Source of the DNA: Octopus vulgaris
Lineage: Eukaryota
DNA length: 64,000 nucleotides
Reading direction: 5' to 3'
Assembly: GCA_951406725.2 (NCBI GenBank)
Contig: OX597841.1
Coordinates: forward strand, 15,004,001 to 15,068,000
A program made the translations under genes and the position numbers. The notes under the pieces were generated by a model, which saw only the letters and a program-made list of their open reading frames with translations, had not been told where the DNA came from and did no database searches. Positions 1-12,312 of the stretch are shown here, piece by piece; position 1 is the stretch's first letter; each line of letters begins with the position of its first letter.

Positions 1-358
1 GTCATTTGGACTGCGGCCATGCTGGAGCACCGCCTTTAGTCGAGCAAATCGACCCCAGGACTTATTCTTTGTAAGCCCAGTACTTATTCTATCGGTCTCT
101 TTTGCCGAACCGCTAAGTTACGGGGACGTAAACACACCAGCATCGGTTGTCAAGCAATGCTAGAGGGACAAACACAGACACACAAACATACACACGCATA
201 TATATATATACATATATACGACAGGCTTCTTTCAGTTTCCGTCTACCAAATCCACTCACAAGGGATTGGTCGACCCGAGGCTATAGCAGAAGACACTTGC
301 CCAAGATACCACGCAGTGGGACTGAACCCAGAACCATGTGGCTGGTTAGCAAGCTACT
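1..358 (-). mobile_element. tRNA-derived SINE family A (octopus-type, internal TA/TG microsatellite), both ends clipped
   Basis: Reverse complement matches the ~410-bp repeat seen many times in the window (head GGCGCAGGAGTGGCTGTGTGG, B-box-like GGTTCAGTCCC, tail GACTGAAACAAGTAAAAGAG). Confidence 0.85.
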
Positions 359-478
359 ATGATAATTGAGGATCAAATAAACAAACGGCGGAAGATCATG
401 GATTTTGAAATTCCCTTTTATAGCAGAATTGATATCAAAGAAATGGAAAGAATTGTGAAATACCAGGATCTAGCATGA
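359..478 (+). pseudogene. Fragment of restriction-like endonuclease (RLE) domain of an R4/Dong/NeSL-type non-LTR retrotransposon
   Basis: Manual translation MIIEDQINKRRKIMDFEIPFYSRIDIKEMERIVKYQDLA* resembles the RLE motif (I)D..xP.D....E.EK..KYQDL. Confidence 0.55.
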
Positions 479-829
479 AGGGAAGAGGATGGGGTCCACG
501 GAAATGGTAAATTGTTTACGGCACAAAAGAAAACCATTTTAAACTTGCTAAAATGATATTCGGGACATCTTATCACTATTAAGTATACAGGCAGATATGT
601 TACGCAAGATTAATTTTGGGGGTATGATCACGTGGTCGGAGAGCTAACATCTTACCTCAAAGCCACGCCTTTTAAAGGAAATGCTATTTTGTAATACCTG
701 CTTTAATCGCACGATTAGTATATTGTTTCCAATGGCCAAGGGTTGAAAATGAAAGCTGTGGCCAATTCGTAATATGGACATACATACTACATGCACACAG
801 CCATCAGCAAATATATATATATATATACA

Positions 830-1060
830 TACCGGAGTAAACACATAAATGTGAAACAAGGTGGAAAAAAGAGTACTCAAATACCAGTGGTAGAGTAATA
901 TGCTTTATTTAAAGCAGCAGAAAATTCAACAAAACCTGTTACTCTGAGTTTCACGTTGCCGTTCGTTGGACAGTTTTTGCTAGCAAAAACTGTCCGATGA
1001 ACGGCAACGTGAAACTCAGAGTAACAGGTTTTGTTGAATTTTCTGCTGCTTTAAATAAAG
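830..1060. mobile_element. Short PLE-type element family H1 with inverted duplication (palindrome 903-1060, centre GCT|AGC)
   Basis: Arms are reverse complements with 3 mismatches; same family at 3304-3384, 3453-3561, 21334-21566, 27103-27239; flanked by (TA)n. Confidence 0.8.
990..1027 (+). ncRNA. Minimal type I hammerhead motif, C4 core (family H1)
   Basis: CTGT-CCGATGA-ACG(GCAA)CGT-GAA-ACTC(A)GAGT-A-ACAG; mirror copy 936-973 on minus has decayed core CCAACGA. Confidence 0.65.
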
Positions 1061-1061
1061 T

Positions 1062-1146
1062 ATATATATATATATATATATAAACACACACACATATATA
1101 TATATACATATAAATATATATATGTATATATATATATATGTATATA

Positions 1147-1193
<47 letters not shown>

Positions 1194-1593
1194 TGCACAT
1201 AAATGAATACGTATACACACCCATGTATGTATATATGTATATATATATATATATGTATGTATATTCAAACATACATGCATACGTATGTATATACACGTAT
1301 GCATGCACACAAGCATGCGAACATCTATCTGTACACACAACACACACACGCTCACATACATACATATACATATATATGTGCATGCATTACACACACTCAC
1401 ACACATATATTTATGTATCTATGTATATACATAGTATATATATATGTAGTTAGGGCAGCGGACTCGCGGTCGTAGGATCGCTGTTTCGATTCCCAGACCG
1501 GGCGTTGTGAGTGTTTTTTGAGCGAAAACACCTAAAAGCTCCACGAGGGTCCGACAGCGATGTGTAGCAACATCTGATGGTTCTGGTATATAT

Positions 1594-1627
<34 letters not shown>

Positions 1628-1633
1628 CATATG

Positions 1634-1724
<91 letters not shown>

Positions 1725-2120
1725 TGCACATAAATGAATACGTATACACACCCATGTATGTATATATGTATATATATATATATATGTATGTATATTCAAA
1801 CATACATGCATACGTATGTATATACACGTATGCATGCACACAAGCATGCGAACATCTATCTGTACACACAACACACACACGCTCACATACATACATATAC
1901 ATATATATGTACATGCATTACACACACTCACACACATATATTTATGTATCTATGTATATACATAGTATATATATATGTAGTTAGGGCAGCGGACTCGCGG
2001 TCGTAGGATCGCTGTTTCGATTCCCACGACCGGGCGTTGTGAGTGTTTTTTGAGCGAAAACACCTAAAAGCTCCACGAGGGTCCGACAGCGATGTGTAGC
2101 AACATCTGATGGTCTGGTCG
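1062..2120. repeat. Tandem duplication, period ~531 bp (microsatellite block plus tRNA-derived SINE head)
   Basis: 1190-1587 recurs almost identically at 1721-2118. Confidence 0.85.
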
Positions 2121-2195
2121 GAAAAAAATATATATATAAATATATAAATATATGTATGAATATATATATGTATTTACCCCTTACATACATATATG

Positions 2196-2263
<68 letters not shown>

Positions 2264-2265
2264 TA

Positions 2266-2300
<35 letters not shown>

Positions 2301-2785
2301 ATCTAGGCACGTACATAATTTACATAAGGGCCAAAGACAGAGAGAGAGAGAGAGGAAGGAGAGAGAAAGAGAGAGAGAAAAGAGAAAGAGAGTGTGTGAG
2401 CGGGAGAAAAGCGACAAGTTGAAACAAAGGGAGACGCAATATATATATATACATATATACATATATATATACACACATATGCAAATATGCATACATACGT
2501 ACGAATATATATACATACACACAGACACTAGTTGCAGCTGTTGCCATTAGTAACTGCATAATAATTTATTAAATACTGCATCTTTGCAGCCTTTGTCTCG
2601 TTGGCTTGCAACAAATAAAGAAATGGGGGGAAAAAAAAATAATGAAAATGGACGGCTTAACGGTTAATTATGATGGAGGAAAATCAACTTGGCCGACTCT
2701 CTCTCTCCTAGCCTCCTCCTCTGCCAGTCTCCTCTGTGTGCAATCCTTTGTTTCGCTTGCTATCTGGGTGTGTGTGTGTGAATGA

Positions 2786-3038
<253 letters not shown>

Positions 3039-3200
3039 TACGTGGTGGGGAGGCTGAAAGGTTCCTTGTTTGAGGCCCAACTTTGCGAGTTCTTTTACAG
3101 TGCTTAGTTTTTGAATCTGGGAGGGGAATATGTTTTAACTGGTCCTCCTGTATTTTCTTTAACCCAAATCCAGGAAGTTTTCAGCCCCGCCCCAACTTGT
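3039..3200 (-). mobile_element. Decayed mariner-type MITE
   Basis: Reverse-complement similarity to copies at 14635, 16373, 57474. Confidence 0.6.
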
Positions 3201-3209
3201 GTGTATGTG

Positions 3210-3306
<97 letters not shown>

Positions 3307-3388
3307 CGGAGTAAACACATAAATGTGAAACAAGGTTGAAAAAAGTACTCAAAACAGTGGTAGAGTATGCTTTATTTAAAAGCAAGAA

Positions 3389-3424
<36 letters not shown>

Positions 3425-3557
3425 TTTATTTCAAATCAACCAGAGGTAGACAGTTCTAGCAAAAACTGTCTGATATGCAGATTTTGTTGAATTTTTGCTG
3501 CTTTAAATAAAGCAGCAGTATTTGAGTACTCTTTTCCACCTTGTTTCACATTTATGT

Positions 3558-3617
<60 letters not shown>

Positions 3618-3738
3618 TGAGCATTCCCGTTGTAATTCTTCAGATAGGGAACTCCGTCCGGGTGCGATTCCTTGAATTATAAATATTATCATGAGAGTAG
3701 ATTCTAAACAATTACGAAGAATATGGAGATACACACAT

Positions 3739-3803
<65 letters not shown>

Positions 3804-3835
3804 TACATATGTATGTACATGTACATAAGTATATT

Positions 3836-3898
<63 letters not shown>

Positions 3899-4636
3899 AA
3901 TACAAATAAGAAAATGGAGAAGCAAATTTAGTTTGTTCATCAACTTTCTGATATTAGAATGTCGAATTATTTATTCATTTAACAAAATGAGAACCTTAAA
4001 ATCATATAATTATCTTATAATTCAATAAATATAAGATAAAAATACAAATTATAAAAATCATAATATAAATTATATATATAATCTTAAAATAAAAACCGCA
4101 CATCTCGTAATTTTAGCTACCCAGGGTTTCCTGGTTAAAATATTAACTTATTCCGCCGTTTATGAAGCAAATGATGTCATTATTTTGACATGGAAACCGT
4201 GGGTGGCCGTAATTACCAGATTTGTGATTCTGGTATTTTTAAGATTATCGTTACTCTTTTAGCTGATCGACTGCAACTTGTTGAAGCATTGCCTCATTAC
4301 GCACACACAGATGCACACATGCACACGCACACACATACACACATACATACACACATACACACACATACATGCACACACACACACACGCACACGCACATAC
4401 ACAGACATGCATATATATATATATTCATATATATATATATATACATACACACATACACACACACTCGCACATGCACGCACACGCATAAACACACACACAC
4501 ATACACACACACGAATACAGACACGCGCAAACACGCACACACACATACACATACACGCACACACATGCACACCCATAAACACACACACACATACACAGAC
4601 ATGCATATATATGCATACATATATATATATATATAT

Positions 4637-4682
<46 letters not shown>

Positions 4683-5442
4683 TTATATATACACCCGCAC
4701 ACACACACACACACACATTCATACGCATGCAAATATATATATTTTCATGGGATAAATATAATTTATAAGTCCATACATGGGAGTCCATTCACTCGACTAA
4801 AAAAAAAAAAACTCTTCAAGGCGGTGCCCCAGCTTGGCCGCAGTCTAATGACTGAAACAAGTAAAAAAAAAAACAAAAAGAAAAAAAAATGAAGGACAAA
4901 AGATATTCGATGCAGACAAAATCACAGATGTTACACCGGGGTTTACCTTTCCCCCTAGAAAGATGTCTAAACAAAGACTTGGGGGTCTCTCACCTGGCCC
5001 CCACCTCGACATCCCCCAGCTGTTGGACGGCCATTCATTCTCACCTGAGTCGATCCGCCTTTTTCACGGGTTTTGTTCTTCGTTCTGTTGTTTGTCCAAT
5101 GAAAAGCGACCCTGGTTGCGAAGCAGGCCTTGTAGGGATGCCGGTTCATGTCGTCAACGAGCCCCCACAATGCAACAGGTTGCACTGGGGGCCGGGTCAC
5201 ACGATTCTACTAGTAATAACAATGACTCGGCGTGTATACAATTCTACACACATATATGTATTTGTATACACACACACACACACACATATATATATGTGTG
5301 TGTGTGTGTGTGTGTATTTCGTTTTTGGACTTGGTTAGCAAGATTCTTTATGTGTGTTCGTGTGTAGAAGCATTTTCTGTTGAGTGTGTTAAATTATAAG
5401 GCACAAAAAGAAAATGACTCTCCCCAGACACAACAGAATATG

Positions 5443-5475
<33 letters not shown>

Positions 5476-5533
5476 ATATACATACATACATATATGCGTT
5501 ATGTGTGCTTCATTCCCCCTCTCTCTCTTTATC

Positions 5534-5606
<73 letters not shown>

Positions 5607-6086
5607 TTATTTATCTATCCATCTATCTAACTATCTAACTATCTATCTAATTTGCTAATTGTTTGCCTGTCTGTCTTTCTGTATACCGATCCCTATTGAT
5701 CACTTTTGAAAAGAAAAATTCTACATCGTATTGTCCCCTCTGGGTTCAGTCCTACGTGGTCTAATAAAGAAATCGATATACAAAAGATCTTTCTATATAA
5801 AAATACAGACACACGTAAACAGATATGGCGACTAGTCCGACGGGCGGCCTGCGACTTTTTTGTGATTTAAACCGAGTGTCTCCACATTATTTCTTATAGC
5901 GTTATGTGCTTCGAGATTCACTGTTCCCAAAACTAGTAGAATCACCTCCTCCCGAAAGCTTATGATGTCAACTCTGTGTGTGTGTATATATATGTATATA
6001 TGTATGTATATGTATATATATAAGTATACATGTTTATATGTATATATACATAAATATATATATATGTATATAAATATATATATATG

Positions 6087-6142
<56 letters not shown>

Positions 6143-6589
6143 CACATATGTATGTATATTTAAATATATATAAACACATATGTATATATACATGTATATA
6201 TCTATATATATATTTGTCTATCAATATATATATAATATATACATATATACATGTATATATATATATATATATATAAATATACATTACGTATACATATATA
6301 TATGACTTTATATATGTATGTATGTATTTCATTATTCAGTTTTATTTCAAGATTTCTTGCCAATAGAGAAAGAAACGGTTTCTAACCTAGATCCAAGGCT
6401 CCTTCATTGCAATTTTAACATCAACATCAGGGTATGTATGTATGTATGTATGTATGTATGTATGTATGTATGTATGTATGTGTGCATGTATGTATGTGTG
6501 CGTGTATGTATGTAGGTAAAATTTCTGGAGCCCGAACGCTGGTTTGATACAAACTGAAAATCCGGAAGGTTACCTCCTGATGCGGTAGG

Positions 6590-6658
<69 letters not shown>

Positions 6659-6697
6659 GGGTTTGCATGATTGCGTATAGAAGGATATATATTACTC

Positions 6698-6778
6698 AAA
6701 GGAATTCCAACTCTGTTTTTTACGTGTTTTAATTATATTCTTTGTAATATTAATGTAGAATATATAATATATAGTATA

Positions 6779-6831
<53 letters not shown>

Positions 6832-6905
6832 AAGTAAATTGAAATGAAGTGTTGATTGTCTTATTGAATATCGAATATTAATGGACTAGTATACTTTCTT
6901 GCATT
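6698..6905 (-). mobile_element. Diverged remnant of PLE pLTR 3' end related to 9669-9840
   Basis: AAAGGAATTCCAACTCTG...GGACTAGTATACTTTCTTGCATT parallels AAGAATTCCAACCTTG...GAACTAGTACTTTCATGCATT; interrupted by (TA)n. Confidence 0.5.
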
Positions 6906-7098
6906 AAAGCAGTGAAGGTCTGAAATGCTTATATATATAAATATATGTGCATTTTATCTTTCACTCGTTTTAGCCAATGGGTCGCGACCACGCTGGGGCA
7001 TCACCTTTAACGATTAATCCATGAACCTACCTACCTACCTACCTACCTACCTACCTACCTACCTACCTACCTATCTATCTATCTATCTGTCTATCTAC

Positions 7099-7138
<40 letters not shown>

Positions 7139-7194
7139 TTACGTATTTTATATGTGCATCTCTCTCTCCTTATATATATATATGAAATATACAT

Positions 7195-7306
<112 letters not shown>

Positions 7307-7324
7307 GAATATATATATGCATAT

Positions 7325-7507
7325 AGTTGGAATTTACAATGAAAACAAAACGAAGATAGGTGTATAAACAACAAACAGGTGTATTAATTTAACGCTCGGG
7401 TGAGAAAGGTGAGAAACTCTTTTATGTTTCGAGCCTACGCTCTTCCACAGAAAGGAACACGAGGAAACAAACAGAGAAGGAAAAAATTGTGGATTTAGCG
7501 GCCAATC

Positions 7508-7510
<3 letters not shown>
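7325..7510 (-). mobile_element. Short PLE-type element (family H2b) with decayed HHR (CTGTGGA-A-GAGC..GCTC-GAAAC)
   Basis: Similar to 8040-8165 and 20800-20960; HHR layout at ~7419-7454. Confidence 0.55.
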
Positions 7511-7542
<32 letters not shown>

Positions 7543-7687
7543 GGTGTGTGTGTGTATGTGTGTATGGTTATACATATGTATGTATACGCACACACACACA
7601 CACACATACACGTAGACATTTTCTATTACTATACAGAAAGATATAGAAAGAAAATCCCCAGACAGTGAGAAGGAAGAAGATTCTTCA

Positions 7688-7890
7688 GAGAAGCGTGGAG
7701 TTATATTTATTGGGATTTAAAACGTTCACCGACCGTTACGCAGCGACTACAAACCCCTGGCGGTTTCTCAGAAGTTCATTTAGCCAATCGATATATTAAA
7801 GATCAATATTGATATTTACTTCACTTAAAATATGAACTGGAGTCGATAAGATCAACTGAAATTGTTTGGACCCAGAACGGTCTCAGTAAA
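7688..7890 (+). pseudogene. Possible highly decayed Ty3/gypsy RNase H remnant
   Basis: Pieces EKRGVIFIGI*NVH..SDYKPL, ANR, KYELESIRSTE..NGLSK occur in the order of gypsy motifs EKE..IFG..FH, TDHKPL, ANRLQRW, ADGLSR. Confidence 0.4.
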
Positions 7891-7967
7891 TACATACATA
7901 CATAAATACATACATACATACGTACGCACGTACATACATACACGAACACACATACCTACATATATTG

Positions 7968-8000
<33 letters not shown>

Positions 8001-8180
8001 ATGTTGGACCACTGAACTAACTCGTTCTTTTTTCATTCTCTCTCTCTCTCTCTTTATTTCCTCTTATTTCTTTCTGCCGAAGAGCGTTGGCCCGAAACGT
8101 AAAAGACTTTTCCATTTTTCCTGAGCGTCAAACTAATACCCCTGCCTGTTGTTCATACACCTCTCTTCCTCTTTGTCTTT

Positions 8181-8293
8181 CTGGGTTCAGTCCCACTGCG
8201 TGGCACCTTGGGCAATTGTCTTCTACTATAGCCTCGGGAGACCAAAGCCTTGTGAGTGGATTTGGTTGATGGAAACTGAAGAAGCCCGTCCTA

Positions 8294-8342
<49 letters not shown>

Positions 8343-8553
8343 TTGTGTGTTTGTGTGTCTGTGTTTGTCCCCCGAACATCGCTTGACAACTGATGCTGGT
8401 GTGTTTACGTCCCCGTAACATAGCAGTTCGGCAAAAGGGGCTGCTAGAATAAGTACCAGGCTTACAAAGAATACGTCCTGGGTATCGATTTGCTCGACTA
8501 AAGGCGGTGCTCTAGCATGGCCACAGTCACATGACTGAAACAAGTAAAAGAGT
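8181..8553 (+). mobile_element. SINE family A, 5'-truncated
   Basis: Matches family consensus seen in window. Confidence 0.85.
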
Positions 8554-9146
8554 ATATGTATATGTATATGAGTGTGTGTGTGTGTATTTATGTGTCTGTG
8601 TTTGTCCCCCCCCAACATCGCTTGACATATATATATATAGATCTATGTGTGTGTGCGTGTGTGCAGAGAGAGAGAAGGGTTATGGATAATATAGAAAGAT
8701 GTGCACGCGATCATACCAGGCTTGAATGACCAGACTCATTGAGCTGAAGGTACTGAAATTACAATGAGTTTTAAAAAATGTAACGAACTACATAAAAACA
8801 AAGAAACCCCCCCAAAAAAACTGAAAGCAATTTACGCTTATTTGACGATGAATAAATTTCTGAGAAAAAAATTTACTCGTTTAAATACATTTTAATGAAA
8901 TTATTTGAGAGAAAATTAGAAAAAAATATCAAAAATTTAATGAAAGTATAATGTCTTTTTAACGTATCGTCTGCAGCAACGATACTTTTTGCTGTTCGCA
9001 GACGACAGGAAGGTGAAACTCAGAGAGAGGTTTCGATTAGGTCTTAAACAGAATAAATTGCTCTACTACATACATACATACATACATACATACATACATA
9101 CATACATACATACATACATGCATACATACATACATAAATACATACA

Positions 9147-9190
<44 letters not shown>

Positions 9191-9202
9191 TTTTCAAAAT
9201 GT

Positions 9203-9397
9203 GACCTCATGTGTACCGTTGGCGATTTTTTTCCCTCTGTCTTCCCTTCTCTGGATCTTTCCTTCTCCTATGTTTCCGACGAAGAGCTCCGCTCGAAACG
9301 TTAAACCCTTCTTCTTTCCTCCTTTCCTGGGCGTCCAATAATACTATATTTGTTCCACGTCCTCGCGTTGTGTTTTTTTGTGCTTTCTTGTTTGGAT

Positions 9398-9402
<5 letters not shown>
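9203..9402 (+). mobile_element. Short PLE-type element family H2
   Basis: Near-identical to reverse complement of 58962-59165; ends in (TA)n. Confidence 0.75.
9272..9307 (+). ncRNA. Minimal type I hammerhead motif, C4 core (family H2)
   Basis: GTTT-CCGACGA-A-GAGC(TCC)GCTC-GAA-ACGT-T-AAAAC. Confidence 0.6.
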
Positions 9403-9433
<31 letters not shown>

Positions 9434-9436
<3 letters not shown>

Positions 9437-9643
9437 GGATGCAGCACGGACTTTGTCAGTGAACAGGTCGCGGATTTTAGCGACGAAAATATTTTGACAA
9501 ATTAAACTTAAATGTTGAAGTGAATCGAACGGCTTTTGTGTGTTTCTTAAATGGCTTATAAACACCTTCCACGCTGCAATTGTTTTCGTTCCAGCACACG
9601 ATCTCAGATCAAATTACTTGCTATGCGAGTACATCTCCGTAAT
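9434..9643 (+). mobile_element. Short PLE-type element family H3
   Basis: Highly similar to 21731-21933; both sides (TA)n. Confidence 0.75.
9452..9501 (+). ncRNA. Minimal type I hammerhead motif with G3:C8 core (family H3)
   Basis: TTTGTCA-GTGAACA-G-GTCGC(GGATTTTA)GCGAC-GAA-AATATT-T-TGACAAA: 7-bp stem I, 5-bp stem II, palindromic stem III. Confidence 0.75.
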
Positions 9644-9795
9644 ATATATATATATATATATATAAATAAAAAGAATTCCAACCTTGTCTGATTTTCACGT
9701 TTTATTTACAATCTTATAATGGTATATTATAAGATAATATATTATAATTGAATAAAATAAAATGAAATAGTAGAATGTTAAATATTCATTCTGAT

Positions 9796-9840
9796 TGAAC
9801 TAGTACTTTCATGCATTGAATTCTGCAATCTTCGGGTTCA
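9796..9840 (-). ncRNA. Minimal hammerhead motif in PLE pLTR (left arm)
   Basis: Exact mirror of 11295-11339. Confidence 0.7.
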
Positions 9841-10334
9841 TGTAGTAGTGTTGACAGTCATGCTTCACAATTTTTGACTGTAGCAAGATGAGTGATTCTG
9901 TGCTATAAATACAGCTGGGTAGGCTCCAGAGTGCTAGGTTTTGCAAACTGTATTCTGACCAATCAGTGTGTAGTATCACTCAATTACTTAAGCTGATTGG
10001 TTGGTTGAGCTGATTGGTTTAGGCATCACGCTTTGTTGGACAGGTCAAGAGTCCTGTATCTTGACCCTGGCCGAAGCAGCAATTGTTGGGTTATTTTTAG
10101 AAATGTTGTAAATATCCTTTGTCAGAGATTTTTATATTTTTATATTTCAATTGTCATCATCATCATTGTCAGCACCTTAATTATTGTTGCTAGTGGTGAT
10201 GGTGGTGGCAATAGAACTTTTAACCCTAAATAAGATAATTTTCCTGCTATCTTCGTCTTGATCACCTTTAGTATTGTTGTTGTTGTTAGTGGTCATGGTC
10301 GTAGCAGTGGAAGTAATACCTCTAAGTATTATTA

Positions 10335-10718
10335 TTATTGCTTATTTAGCTTGGGTTCGAATTTATCAATAAAATTCTTTTCTCTGATTTTCCTCTCGAT
10401 TTCACTTGGGCTGTGTAATTTGTAGAATGGAAATATTATATATATTTTCCGACCACATGTTGCTAGGTGGTTACTCAAAGGTATCTGACGGACCTCTGGG
10501 TCTCTAATCTGTTGCCGGTGTACACGTGAGCGTTCTAATAGTGCGTTTCCCGTCTGACCTACATATATTTCTTCACAATTTGGGCATTTGATGCAGTAAA
10601 TTAAATTTCTGCTTTTGCAGTTCATATTCGCGTTTGTGAATATTTTCCCGGTTTTTGTGTTTATATATTGACCGGTATGTATGAATTGGCATGTGCCACA
10701 TCGGCTATCATTGCATTT
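10335..10718 (-). pseudogene. C-terminal GIY-YIG endonuclease domain of PLE ORF (uninterrupted, 5'-truncated)
   Basis: KCNDSRCGTC Cys linker, NLIYCIKCPNC..IYVGQT..ER..H..H..RE..I..LN*, the PLE GIY-YIG/CCHH pattern; RT absent. Confidence 0.92.
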
Positions 10719-11117
10719 AGATATCGAGAGATAAATCGAGAGGAAAATCAGAGAAAAGAATTTTATTGATAAATTCGAACCCAAGCTAAATAAGCAATAA
10801 TAATAATACTTAGAGGTATTACTTCCACTGCTACGACCATGACCACTAACAACAACAACAATACTAAAGGTGATCAAGACGAAGATAGCAGGAAAATTAT
10901 CTTATTTAGGGTTAAAAGTTCTATTGCCACCACCATCACCACTAGCAACAATAATTAAGGTGCTGACAATGATGATGATGACAATTGAAATATAAAAATA
11001 TAAAAATCTCTGACAAAGGATATTTACAACATTTCTAAAAATAACCCAACAATTGCTGCTTCGGCCAGGGTCAAGATACAGGACTCTTGACCTGTCCAAC
11101 AAAGCGTGATGCCTAAA

Positions 11118-11260
11118 CCAATCAGCTCAACCAACCAATCAGCTTAAGTAATTGAGTGATACTACACACTGATTGGTCAGAATACAGTTTGCAAAACCTA
11201 GCACTCTGGAGCCTACCCAGCTGTATTTATAGCACAGAATCACTCATCTTGCTACAGTCA
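11118..11260 (+). promoter_or_regulatory. Putative pLTR Pol II promoter (CCAAT x3, TATA-like, Inr-like); mirrored at 9875-10017
   Basis: CCAATCAG at ~11118 and ~11135, reverse CTGATTGG ~11169, TATTTATAG ~11225, ACAGTC ~11254, directly upstream of the HHR. Confidence 0.5.
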
Positions 11261-11294
11261 AAAATTGTGAAGCATGACTGTCAACACTACTACA

Positions 11295-11339
11295 TGAACC
11301 CGAAGATTGCAGAATTCAATGCATGAAAGTACTAGTTCA
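11295..11339 (+). ncRNA. Minimal hammerhead motif in PLE pLTR (right arm), C4 core
   Basis: TGAAC-CCGAAGA-T-TGCA(GAATTCAA)TGCA-T-GAA-AGTACT-A-GTTCA. Confidence 0.7.
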
Positions 11340-11500
11340 ATCAGAATGAATATTTAACATTCTACTATTTCATTTTATTTTATTCAATTATAATATATTA
11401 TCTTATAATATATCATTATAAGATTGTAAATAAAACGTGAAAATCAGACAAGGTTGGAATTCTTTTATTAATATATTCTTCTATACACAATCACACACAC

Positions 11501-11572
<72 letters not shown>

Positions 11573-12039
11573 ATATATGTGTGTGAGTATATATATATAT
11601 ATGTAACGTGTATATATATAGGCGCAGGCAGGACTGTGCGGTAAGAAGCTTGCTTCCCGACCACATAGTTCCGGGTTCAGTCCTACTGCGTGGCACCTTG
11701 GGCCAGTGTTGTCTACTAAGTCCTGGCGTTGGTTTCTACGAATAAAACCCTTTAAGGTGGTGTTCTAGCATGGCCGTAGCCAAAATGCCTGAAGAATGTA
11801 AAAGAATAAAAGAATATATATATATATAATTATATATATACCATATATAATTTTGTTATCGTTCATTTGTTTCAGTCATTAGAATGTGGCCATTCTGGGG
11901 CACCGCCTTGAAGAATTTTTGGTCGAATGAATAGATCCTAGTACCTTTTTTTAAAACCTAGTATTTATTCTATCGGTCTGTTTTTCCGAACCGCTAAGTT
12001 AAATCCATTTTTAAACTAATGGTTCAATATTCGCCATTG

Positions 12040-12312
12040 GATAATGATGACGACGATGATGATGATGGTGATGATGATGATGATGAGGAGGAGGAGGAGG
12101 AAGAGGAGGAGAAGGAGGAGGATGACTACGATGACCGTGATGGTGATTGTCATGATGATGATGATGATGCCGATGGTAGTGATGATGCGATAATGATGAT
12201 GATGATGATGAATATTACGATGAAGATGTTGATGATGACGATGATAATGATGGCGATGATGATGATGATGATGATGATGGTGACGGTGGTAGTGGTGGAG
12301 GTAGTGGTGGTA
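12040..12312. repeat. Compound (GAT)/(GAG)/(GGT) trinucleotide low-complexity tract
   Basis: Direct reading. Confidence 0.9.

Larger units (their letters stand above)
9669..11466. mobile_element. 5'-truncated Penelope-like element (Neptune-like) with inverted pLTR arms 9669-10402 and 10733-11466
   Basis: 734-bp arms are almost perfect reverse complements (mirror ORFs 10033..10233 and 10902..11102 identical); spacer encodes GIY-YIG domain; HHR in each arm. Confidence 0.92.

Noticed and set aside
5832-5973. Possible minus-strand terminal exon ([13 protein letters not shown]...GRPSD*)
   Set aside because: Acceptor lacks a polypyrimidine tract and the peptide is unrecognised
10033-10233. Twin 66-aa ORFs in the inverted arms
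   Set aside because: Antisense to the PLE 3' region; identity only reflects the inverted duplication
10719-10877. N-terminal ~53 aa of ORF 10335..10877
   Set aside because: Read-through across the inversion junction into the antisense arm; not part of the PLE protein
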